Below, in pieces: positions 13,201 through 24,580 of a DNA stretch of 64,000 nt (its first letter is position 1; each line of letters starts with the position of its first letter). The notes under the pieces are model-generated. The model was not told the origin of the DNA. It did not search any database and was given only the letters and a program-made list of their open reading frames with translations. The DNA is from Antedon mediterranea (lineage: Eukaryota > Animalia > Echinodermata): the NCBI RefSeq assembly GCF_964355755.1, contig NC_092671.1, positions 25,742,070-25,806,069 on the forward strand. Reading direction: 5' to 3'. The position numbers and the translations under genes are program-made.

Positions 13201-13959
13201 GAGACACGATAGATCACCTTATTTGAAAAATCCCTATTAAAGGGACACTTAATATTGGGCATCCCTTATATATACAGAGTTTAAAGAGGTAGACAGAGAC
13301 AAGATAGATCACCTTATTTGAAAAATCCATATTAAAGGGACACTTAATATTGGGCATCCCTTATATATACAGAGTTTAAAGAGGTAGACAGAGACACGAT
13401 AGATCACCTTATTTGAAAAATCCATATTAAAGGGACACTTAATATTGGGCATCCCTTATATATACAGAGTTTAAAGAGGTAGACAGAGACAAGATAGATC
13501 ACCTTATTTGAAAAATCCATATTAAAGGGACACTTAATATTGGGCATCCCTTATATATACAGAGTTTAAAGAGGTAGACAGAGACAAGATAGATCACCTT
13601 GTTTGAAAAATCCATATTAAAGGGACACTTAATATTGGGCATCCCTTATATATACAGAGTTTAAAGAGGTAGACAGAGACAAGATAGATCACCTTGTTTG
13701 AAAAATCCATATTAAAGGGACACTTAATATTGGGCATCCCTTATATATACAGAGTTTAAAGAGGTAGACAGAGACAAGATAGATCACCTTGTTTGAAAAA
13801 TCCCTATTAAAGGGACACTTAATATTGGGCATCCCTTATATATACAGAGTTTAAAGAGGTAGACAGAGACACGATAGATCACCTTATTTGAAAAATCCAT
13901 ATTAAAGGGACACTTAATATTGGGCATCCCTTATATATACAGAGTTTAAAGAGGTAGAC

Positions 13960-15259
13960 CATGGATTAAAGAATAGAAGGATATGCATCGACGTGAGATC
14001 AAGGGTTCCTTGACTCTCGCCGACAGACCGCGGACCGCCCACAATGTTACAGTTTAATTAACCGCATGGTAACAACGAAACGGTCGCGTGCCTAATATAT
14101 TGTTTACTGCACATGTGCAACGACATTTAACCTTGTTGGCTACTACGCTTCTTTCGCGCGTTCTTTGGTGGCATGATGTTTGTAGATGGTCAACTATTGA
14201 CTATGTTGGTTTCTGCCGCGATTGATCTACGCTAATGATTTTTTATGATGATTAAAGTAGCATTTTATGACCTGTAGTAGCCCTACATCTGAGACAATAA
14301 CTATTAGTTGTCTCATTTGTTGTAAAATTACAAAATCAGCAAGAATGCTAGCCTAGCTAGGCCCAGGCCTTGTACTAACTAGGCTAAACTGGGCTAGTAA
14401 ACCCTATGATTTGCCGACATTGATACTGCCTAGGTAGGCCTAGGCTAATCTTAAATACTCACCGTTGTCTTACTTCTTGTGTGAATAATAATAGGTAGGC
14501 CTACTTCGTTTGTTCGTGATCAAGTTTGCCCTGCGTGTACTTTTCAAAACGACCGCTAGGTAACGAATCGCAACTATACATAGCCAGCCAATCCCGGATC
14601 AGGGATCGCTGTTTTCATTCAATTAGGCCCGGTGATTGGATGTGATGTGGATGACATAACCACTAGCCAATCACCAGGCACTACAGTTTAAATATAATCA
14701 CATCGATAATTAAGGAGATTTATGAAGAAACCACTGCTTAGCCATATATTAAAAAACACGATTGTTGTATGTCTGAACACCGGCCACGCTAACAACATAC
14801 ATGGTCAAATGCATAATTTAATATTCTATAGATTAACGCAATTTTTAATGACAGAAGATGGCAGGCAAATAATGATAATTCAAATATAAAAATGGCATAT
14901 TTTATTAATATTACCAACTACCTAAAATTACCAGTCGTAAGAAAGTGAACTTTTCGTAGTCCGATTGTGATGAAACTAAAACAGAATTATTCAGCAATAT
15001 ATGTTTGTTATCAATTAATCATCGACGCAGACATGTCAATAGAACATTCAGACTGCGCATACGATTTCTACATGGTTACGTTTTGGTCTCAAAAAATGTA
15101 ACAGTTGATTCGCAGCGTTTTACAGAGGGCCGCGGTTAGAGACACGGAGTTCAATGAACGTGTTTGTTTGATTGGCAGCAGTGCTTTAGTATAGGCAAGC
15201 GCGTTGTAAAATCGTTTGATGTCACCGTCGATGCATATCCTTCTATTCTTTAATCCATG
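13960..15259. mobile_element. Non-autonomous TIR DNA transposon, 1300 bp, P-like (copy 1)
   Basis: 34-bp perfect TIR CATGGATTAAAGAATAGAAGGATATGCATCGACG with a 7-bp TSD GGTAGAC. An alternative reading is CCATGG ends with a 5-bp TSD GTAGA. No transposase ORF. Confidence 0.9.
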
Positions 15260-17356
15260 GGTAGACAGAGACACGATAGATCACCTTTTTTGAAAAATCC
15301 ATATTAAAGGGACACTTAATATTGGGCATCCCTTATATATACAGAGTTTAAAGAGGTAGACAGAGACAAGATAGATCACCTTGTTTGAAAAATCCATATT
15401 AAAGGGACACTTAATATTGGGCATCCCTTATATATACAGAGTTTAAAGAGGTAGACAGAGACAAGATAGATCACCTTGTTTGAAAAATCCATATTAAAGG
15501 GACACTTAATATTGGGCATCCCTTATATATACAGAGTTTAAAGAGGTAGACAGAGACACGATAGATCACCTTATTTGAAAAATCCATATTAAAGGGACAC
15601 TTAATATTGGGCATCCCTTATATATACAGAGTTTAAAGAGGTAGACAGAGACACGATAGATCACCTTGTTTGAAAAATCCATATTAAAGGGACACTTAAT
15701 ATTGGGCATCCCTTATATATACAGAGTTTAAAGAGGTAGACAGAGACAAGATAGATCACCTTATTTGAAAAATCCATATTAAAGGGACACTTAATATTGG
15801 GCATCCCTTATATATACAGAGTTTAAAGAGGTAGACAGAGACAAGATAGATCACCTTGTTTGAAAAATCCATATTAAAGGGACACTTAATATTGGGCATC
15901 CCTTATATATACAGAGTTTAAAGAGGTAGACAGAGACACGATAGATCACCTTATTTGAAAAATCCATATTAAAGGGACACTTAATATTGGGCATCCCTTA
16001 TATATACAGAGTTTAAAGAGGTAGACAGAGACACGATAGATCACCTTGTTTGAAAAATCCATATTAAAGGGACACTTAATATTGGGCATCCCTTATATAT
16101 ACAGAGTTTAAAGAGGTAGACAGAGACACGATAGATCACCTTATTTGAAAAATCCATATTAAAGGGACACTTAATATTGGGCATCCCTTATATATACAGA
16201 GTTTAAAGAGGTAGACAGAGACACGATAGATCACCTTGTTTGAAAAATCCATATTAAAGGGACACTTAATATTGGGCATCCCTTATATATACAGAGTTTA
16301 AAGAGGTAGACAGAGACACGATAGATCACCTTATTTGAAAAATCCATATTAAAGGGACACTTAATATTGGGCATCCCTTATATATACAGAGTTTAAAGAG
16401 GTAGACAGAGACACGATAGATCACCTTGTTTGAAAAATCCATATTAAAGGGACACTTAATATTGGGCATCCCTTATATATACAGAGTTTAAAGAGGTAGA
16501 CAGAGACACGATAGATCACCTTATTTGAAAAATCCATATTAAAGGGACACTTAATATTGGGCATCCCTTATATATACAGAGTTTAAAGAGGTAGACAGAG
16601 ACACGATAGATCACCTTGTTTGAAAAATCCATATTAAAGGGACACTTAATATTGGGCATCCCTTATATATACAGAGTTTAAAGAGGTAGACAGAGACAAG
16701 ATAGATCACCTTATTTGAAAAATCCATATTAAAGGGACACTTAATATTGGGCGTCCCTTATATATACAGAGTTTAAAGAGGTAGACAGAGACACGATAGA
16801 TCACCTTATTTGAAAAATCCATATTAAAGGGACACTTAATATTGGGCATCCCTTATATATACAGAGTTTAAAGAGGTAGACAGAGACACGATAGATCACC
16901 TTATTTGAAAAATCCATATTAAAGGGACACTTAATATTGGGCATCCCTTATATATACAGAGTTTAAAGAGGTAGACAGAGACAAGATAGATCACCTTATT
17001 TGAAAAATCCATATTAAAGGGACACTTAATATTGGGCATCCCTTATATATACAGAGTTTAAAGAGGTAGACAGAGACACGATAGATCACCTTATTTGAAA
17101 AATCCCTATTAAAGGGACACTTAATATTGGGCATCCCTTATATATACAGAGTTTAAAGAGGTAGACAGAGACAAGATAGATCACCTTATTTGAAAAATCC
17201 CTATTAAAGGGACACTTAATATTGGGCATCCCTTATATATACAGAGTTTAAAGAGGTAGACAGAGACAAGATAGATCACCTTGTTTGAAAAATCCATATT
17301 AAAGGGACACTTAATATTGGGCATCCCTTATATATACAGAGTTTAAAGAGGTAGAC

Positions 17357-18656
17357 CATGGATTAAAGAATAGAAGGATATGCATCGACGTGAGATCAAG
17401 GGTTCCTTGACTCTCGCCGACAGACCGCGGACCGCCCACAATGTTACAGTTTAATTAACCGCATGGTAACAACGAAACGGTCGCGTGCCTAATATATTGT
17501 TTACTGCACATGTGCAACGACATTTAACCTTGTTGGCTACTACGCTTCTTTCGCGCGTTCTTTGGTGGCATGATGTTTGTAGATGGTCAACTATTGACTA
17601 TGTTGGTTTCTGCCGCGATTGATCTACGCTAATGATTTTTTATGATGATTAAAGTAGCATTTTATGACCTGTAGTAGCCCTACATCTGAGACAATAACTA
17701 TTAGTTGTCTCATTTGTTGTAAAATTACAAAATCAGCAAGAATGCTAGCCTAGCTAGGCCCAGGCCTTGTACTAACTAGGCTAAACTGGGCTAGTAAACC
17801 CTATGATTTGCCGACATTGATACTGCCTAGGTAGGCCTAGGCTAATCTTAAATACTCACCGTTGTCTTACTTCTTGTGTGAATAATAATAGGTAGGCCTA
17901 CTTCGTTTGTTCGTGATCAAGTTTGCCCTGCGTGTACTTTTCAAAACGACCGCTAGGTAACGAATCGCAACTATACATAGCCAGCCAATCCCGGATCAGG
18001 GATCGCTGTTTTCATTCAATTAGGCCCGGTGATTGGATGTGATGTGGATGACATAACCACTAGCCAATCACCAGGCACTACAGTTTAAATATAATCACAT
18101 CGATAATTAAGGAGATTTATGAAGAAACCACTGCTTAGCCATATATTAAAAAACACGATTGTTGTATGTCTGAACACCGGCCACGCTAACAACATACATG
18201 GTCAAATGCATAATTTAATATTCTATAGATTAACGCAATTTTTAATGACAGAAGATGGCAGGCAAATAATGATAATTCAAATATAAAAATGGCATATTTT
18301 ATTAATATTACCAACTACCTAAAATTACCAGTCGTAAGAAAGTGAACTTTTCGTAGTCCGATTGTGATGAAACTAAAACAGAATTATTCAGCAATATATG
18401 TTTGTTATCAATTAATCATCGACGCAGACATGTCAATAGAACATTCAGACTGCGCATACGATTTCTACATGGTTACGTTTTGGTCTCAAAAAATGTAACA
18501 GTTGATTCGCAGCGTTTTACAGAGGGCCGCGGTTAGAGACACGGAGTTCAATGAACGTGTTTGTTTGATTGGCAGCAGTGCTTTAGTATAGGCAAGCGCG
18601 TTGTAAAATCGTTTGATGTCACCGTCGATGCATATCCTTCTATTCTTTAATCCATG
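17357..18656. mobile_element. Non-autonomous TIR DNA transposon, 1300 bp, P-like (copy 2)
   Basis: Same sequence, orientation, TSD and position in the monomer as copy 1. The offset of 3397 equals 1307 + 22x95. Confidence 0.9.
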
Positions 18657-20959
18657 GGTAGACAGAGACACGATAGATCACCTTTTTTGAAAAATCCATA
18701 TTAAAGGGACACTTAATATTGGGCATCCCTTATATATACAGAGTTTAAAGAGGTAGACAGAGACAAGATAGATCACCTTGTTTGAAAAATCCATATTAAA
18801 GGGACACTTAATATTGGGCATCCCTTATATATACAGAGTTTAAAGAGGTAGACAGAGACAAGATAGATCACCTTGTTTGAAAAATCCATATTAAAGGGAC
18901 ACTTAATATTGGGCATCCCTTATATATACAGAGTTTAAAGAGGTAGACAGAGACAAGATAGATCACCTTATTTGAAAAATCCCTATTAAAGGGACACTTA
19001 ATATTGGGCATCCCTTATATATACAGAGTTTAAAGAGGTAGACAGAGACACGATAGATCACCTTATTTGAAAAATCCATATTAAAGGGACACTTAATATT
19101 GGGCATCCCTTATATATACAGAGTTTAAAGAGGTAGACAGAGACACGATAGATCACCTTGTTTGAAAAATCCATATTAAAGGGACACTTAATATTGGGCA
19201 TCCCTTATATATACAGAGTTTAAAGAGGTAGACAGAGACACGATAGATCACCTTATTTGAAAAATCCATATTAAAGGGACACTTAATATTGGGCATCCCT
19301 TATATATACAGAGTTTAAAGAGGTAGACAGAGACAAGATAGATCACCTTGTTTGAAAAATCCATATTAAAGGGACACTTAATATTGGGCATCCCTTATAT
19401 ATACAGAGTTTAAAGAGGTAGACAGAGACACGATAGATCACCTTATTTGAAAAATCCATATTAAAGGGACACTTAATATTGGGCGTCCCTTATATATACA
19501 GAGTTTAAAGAGGTAGACAGAGACACGATAGATCACCTTATTTGAAAAATCCATATTAAAGGGACACTTAATATTGGGCATCCCTTATATATACAGAGTT
19601 TAAAGAGGTAGACAGAGACACGATAGATCACCTTATTTGAAAAATCCATATTAAAGGGACACTTAATATTGGGCATCCCTTATATATACAGAGTTTAAAG
19701 AGGTAGACAGAGACACGATAGATCACCTTGTTTGAAAAATCCATATTAAAGGGACACTTAATATTGGGCATCCCTTATATATACAGAGTTTAAAGAGGTA
19801 GACAAGAGACACGATAGATCACCTTATTTGAAAAATCCATATTAAAGGGACACTTAATATTGGGCATCCCTTATATATACAGAGTTTAAAGAGGTAGACA
19901 GAGACACGATAGATCACCTTATTTGAAAAATCCCTATTAAAGGGACACTTAATATTGGGCATCCCTTATATATACAGAGTTTAAAGAGGTAGTATATAAG
20001 CCAGGAAAATATGTGATGATTCTTGATAGTACTTCAGAAAGTTTTTAGAAATTTGGTAAACTTTTGGTAAATCTGTCATCACCAGGTTTGAATATTGGGC
20101 GTCCTTTATATATAGAGATTCTACTGTAGTATATAAGCCAGGAAAAAATAATATATATATAAAAATATGTGATGATTCTTGATAGTATTTCAGAGAGTTG
20201 TAGACAAACTTTTTGTAAATCTTTTATCACCAGGTTTGAATCATATGTGTAAACTCTTAGTGGCATAAACTGCATAGTAACCTAGTTAGGTCTAGACATT
20301 ATGACAGACAGGTTTGTAAAACTATATTAACAAAAGAAAATGAAAATATCTCCCAATTTTTTTCACGCTGGGCCACTTTTCACTGCCAGGTAGTGTCGAC
20401 TGAATACTGTACCATCTACTGTATCTACTCTCATGATCAATTTAATTTGTGCAATAGTAAATACATTTGAATTAATGGTACTGTAATGATTTTTTCACAC
20501 AGAAAGTATACATTTACCTCATTGTTGTGTGTGTGTGTGTTTGGAGTGTAGGGATTTTGGGTCATGCAATGTACAATAGTTTGAAGCTGTTTTGTAGGTA
20601 TATTTAAACTTAATAATTTATAGCAATATATAGTTGGTAAAGTGTATACACGTTAGATGCGGAATGTTATATGTCATTTAGATTGTACACGATATGATTT
20701 AAAACAAGGGGGAGATGATCTATAAGTTTTTTTCCCCTTTTTCTTGCACTTTATAAAAGAAACATGTACTTCGTAATGTTGTGCTATATAAACTATTGTT
20801 GGAAATAAATATTATATCAAATATGCCAATTGTCTAACTTTACCGTAACATGCAAGTGCTTCTATGATTAATGCTAAAGGACTGTTTAATAATAACAAAA
20901 ACAATGGTCATACATATATATCCTACAGAAAACAAAACAAAATAGAAACATGTTCACAC

Positions 20960-20979
20960 CAGGGAGTTACAACTCCCTG
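20960..20979. mobile_element. 20-bp palindromic micro-element with 7-bp direct flanks
   Basis: ttcacac|CAGGGAGTT-AC-AACTCCCTG|ttcacac. Confidence 0.65.
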
Positions 20980-21115
20980 TTCACACTATGAGGGCGTATC
21001 AATTTGATCTCTGGTGCGCGTGCGTACAACTGAGGACTAGTTGTATTCCAACCGTACCACGCCGAGAATGTTAAAGGGTCGTTATCCGATCGAGTTAAAG
21101 AACAATACCATGAAA

Positions 21116-21187
21116 GCCCCAGTGGTCTAATGGTTAGGGCAACTGCATATCAAGCAGACGGTCCGAGTTCGAGTCTCGGTTGGGGCG
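21116..21187 (+). tRNA. tRNA-like gene or tRNA-derived repeat, anticodon ATC (Asp-like, probably a pseudo-tRNA)
   Basis: 72-nt cloverleaf: acceptor GCCCCAG/TTGGGGC, D arm GTCT/GGGC, anticodon stem CTGC/GCAG with loop ATATCAA, T arm CCGAG-TTCGAGT-CTCGG, discriminator G. A T5 terminator follows almost immediately. Confidence 0.6.
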
Positions 21188-21419
21188 ACTTTTTCTCATT
21201 CTCCCAGATTTCCTCATCTTTATCGTTTCAAAAAATTAATTAAATAATTTTCAGTGTATCACCGGGCGGTTTGGAATTTATTTCTATGCCTGTTGTGTGT
21301 ATAGTATAATCATTTATACAGCTTTCAATAATAAAAAATAATATTTTTAGAAATCCAATCAGATGACATTGGAACAGGGAATTGGCTATATTGATGAAAG
21401 AGTGCAACTAAGATATTCA

Positions 21420-21524
21420 ACTTGGCCTATATTCCATTTTAATGGTGGACGGTATCTTGGCCTATATTCCATTTTAATGGTGGACGGTCGCTTGGCCTGT
21501 ATTCCATTTTAATGGTGGACGGTA
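21420..21524. repeat. About 35-bp tandem repeat x3
   Basis: cttggcctatattccattttaatggtggacggt occurs three times. Confidence 0.9.
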
Positions 21525-21831
21525 ACAACGGTGTTCCGGAACAAACGTATATCTTCATGCATTTATGCTGTTTTCCCGTGTGTTATAGATAACACGTTGT
21601 CATCTGTTGAAACTGTTCTGGTTTTATTTTGTCTCATAAAGACACCTTTAATGTCCACAGTTGCATTTGTATGTGGACATGCTGTTATTTCACTAGGTAA
21701 ATTACTTCACCAATATTTTAGCAATAATTCATTATGTGTATCGTTGGACGGACGTTTTTTTTTTCAACAATGACCCATTGACATGACACTCCCAATAATA
21801 TCTGGTCTATACGGATAAGTATCATTTTATC

Positions 21832-22070
21832 TTAAAGGCAATTTACACGACGAGCGGTCCTGGCGAGCGGTAACGACGGTAAGCGGGAAATTGCGTAGCT
21901 TGCTTGTCCCACGTACTAGTGACTAGTGTATCTATCCTGGTGCGGTTCTCCGCTCAACCGCCTGTCCGTCTGTGTAAATTGTAAAATGGCCATACGAAAT
22001 AACATTCTATATTTTTTTTTACCGCTCACCGTTTTTTACTATGTACCGCTCGTCTGTGTTTAGCCTTTAA
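21832..22070. mobile_element. Degenerate MITE
   Basis: ttaaaggcaatttacacgacgagcggt is inverted to accgctcgtctgtgtttagcctttaa. Confidence 0.6.
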
Positions 22071-23670
22071 TATTTCAGTCCTTGATATATACACCCAGTT
22101 AAAAAATGTGTACAAATGGCCAGTTCATTAATTATGAACCCGATTCTCCCAACTGTATAATCTAACTTTCTTCTGTTAGATTATTTTCTGTATTCTCCGT
22201 GGTACAATGGTCGTCACATGAACTCGTGAATTGGTATTGCGATTATTTTATGTGTGACACTGTATTTTGGAATATTCTTGGACACGTGTTCTGTGCCATT
22301 TTGCCGAGAAAGGTCTCAAGCTATTGCTCGGCTGAACTTAATCGGATCCTAATCTACATATGTCGATGGTTTATAGGATTATAGTCAAAATTACCTTTTT
22401 AGCCTCTAAACAATTTATCATTTTCAAACTATTTAGATTGATTTAACAGAAACCCATCATGAAGCTTCCGTAATTCATGGAGGGAGTGACGAAGATTATA
22501 GAAGCATTTCATTTTTATTATAGAGACATTGGTTCCTTGTAGTCTTCAGACGTATTAGAAATATATGCAGATGTACGTAAATTAGGAATAGTTCGACTAA
22601 ATGCTCATTGTGTCGATGGTATTTAAAACCAGTTCTCGGTAAGTGTGTTGAATTCTTTTTTGATATTTCTTTTCATGTTTCAAGTGTAGTATTTTTTTTT
22701 ACACACTGTGTAAGCATCGGTTGACGATTTAAAAGTCAAATATACCGTATCTACGTACCACTAGTTAATCAATACATTACTACTGTACTAAATCAAATAA
22801 AAACCTAACTCCTGTTAATAAACTAAATACCCTCTGATAATCTCTTGCACTCCAAACATTGTACGGCCGAATTCTTTGGCGACCGTAGACGTACGGATAC
22901 CCGGTTATACAGCCGTTCTTGTAAACATGTTGAAATCAACTTTCAATGCGAGTAAATTTATTTTTTGATAAAACAGAAGAGTTTGAAATACAGTACCATA
23001 CCATACCATAGAACCCTTCAGTTGTTGGGTCCCGAAGATAAAGTACACTCGCATTATACATTGATTATACAGTAGGCCTATACAATACTTGATTCCAACT
23101 GTTAGTATTTTCTCTACCTCTAACTCATACATCTTTGATGATATATTTTCATGTTTCTTGATATACCGTAACCAAGGATACGGAAATCCACACAAGGTCG
23201 CTTTTCAAATAATAGACTTTCCCAGTATAGGCCTAACAATTCCGATACTTTTTATATGGATGCGTGCAGCGCAGTAGCAAACAAAAATATGCATGACAAA
23301 TAGGCCTATGCCTATTATAAGCATATTATGTGGTCCAACTGATAAGCCTAACTGAAAAAAAAATCGATAATTTAGACGAGTTTTTTTTTTGACGCAAAAA
23401 TTAACTCGTTAATAATTCTTTGGATCAACCGATAAGCGGGGTATCAGCCCAGACGAACCCGGATGTAGTTAGAAGTCACATTTCAATCCTAGGAACATTC
23501 AGTTTTGACTCCATAATCTATGTTTATACGCCGAGTTAAATGTAGTGCTTCAATCGGTTAAAAACGCTTGTTCAAAGTTGTAGGCCTGTTTTGGTCCTCT
23601 AAAATCAGAGTTATATGATATGTCGGAGGTACATCGGAGTTAGGCCTATATAACGAAGCTTACTCCGCGT

Positions 23671-24580
23671 TTGAACATCGCTTATAAAAGAATACCTTCA
23701 TTTTAAACATGTTGTAATCGTGTGAACATCACTTATAAAAAGAATACCATCATTTAAAAAATGTTGTAATCGTGTGAACATCGCTTATAAAAGAATTTCT
23801 TCGTTTTAAACATGTTGTAATCGTGTGAACATCGCTTATAAAAGAATACCTTCATTTTAAACATGTTGTAATCGTGTGAACATCGCTTATAAAAGAATTT
23901 CTTCGTTTTAAACATGTTGTAATCGTGTGAACATCGCTTATAAAAGAATTTCTTCATTTTAAACATGTTGTAATCGTGTGAACATCGCTTATAAAAAGAT
24001 ACCTTCATTTTAAACATGTTGTAATCGTGTGAACATCACTTATAAAAAGAATACCATCATTTTAAAAATGTTGTAATCGTGTGAACATCGCTTATAAAAG
24101 AATTTCTTCGTTTTAAACATGTTGTAATCGTGTGAACATCGCTTATAAAAGAATACCTTCATTTTAAACATGTTGTAATCGTGTGAACATCGCTTATAAA
24201 AGAATTTCTTCGTTTTAAACATGTTGTAATCGTGTGAACATCGCTTATAAAAGAATTTCTTCATTTTAAACATGTTGTAATCGTGTGAACATCGCTTATA
24301 AAAGGATACCTTCATTTTAAACATGTTGTAATCGTGTGAACATCGCTTATAAAAGAATACCTTCATTTTAAACATGTTTTAATCGTGTGAACATCGCTTA
24401 TAAAAGAATTTCTTCAATTTAAACATGTTGTAATCGTGTGAACATCGCTTATAAAAGAATACTTTCATTTTAAACATGTTGTAATCGTGTGAACATCGCT
24501 TATAAAAGAATACCTTCGTTTTAAACATGTTGTAATCGTGTGAACATCGCTTATAAAAGAATTTCTTCATTTTGAACATT
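23671..24580. repeat. 51-bp tandem repeat, about 18 copies
   Basis: Monomer ttttaaacatgttgtaatcgtgtgaacatcgcttataaaagaatttcttca. It produces the spurious 17-aa repeated minus-strand ORFs. Confidence 0.95.

Larger units (their letters stand above)
10619..19992. repeat. 95-bp tandem satellite, about 71 monomers in three blocks (35+22+14), interrupted by two TE copies
   Basis: Monomer ggtagacagagacaMgatagatcaccttRtttgaaaaatccMtattaaagggacacttaatattgggcatcccttatatatacagagtttaaaga, with only a few variable sites. Confidence 0.97.

Noticed and set aside
15089-15274. Duplicated 61-aa ORF (also 18486-18671) as a gene
   Set aside because: It starts in satellite sequence and crosses the TE's TIR. The duplication simply reflects the TE copy.
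10619-19992. CRISPR-like array
   Set aside because: Contiguous near-identical monomers with no unique spacers, no cas genes and a eukaryotic context. The same applies to the 51-, 80- and 85/88-bp arrays.
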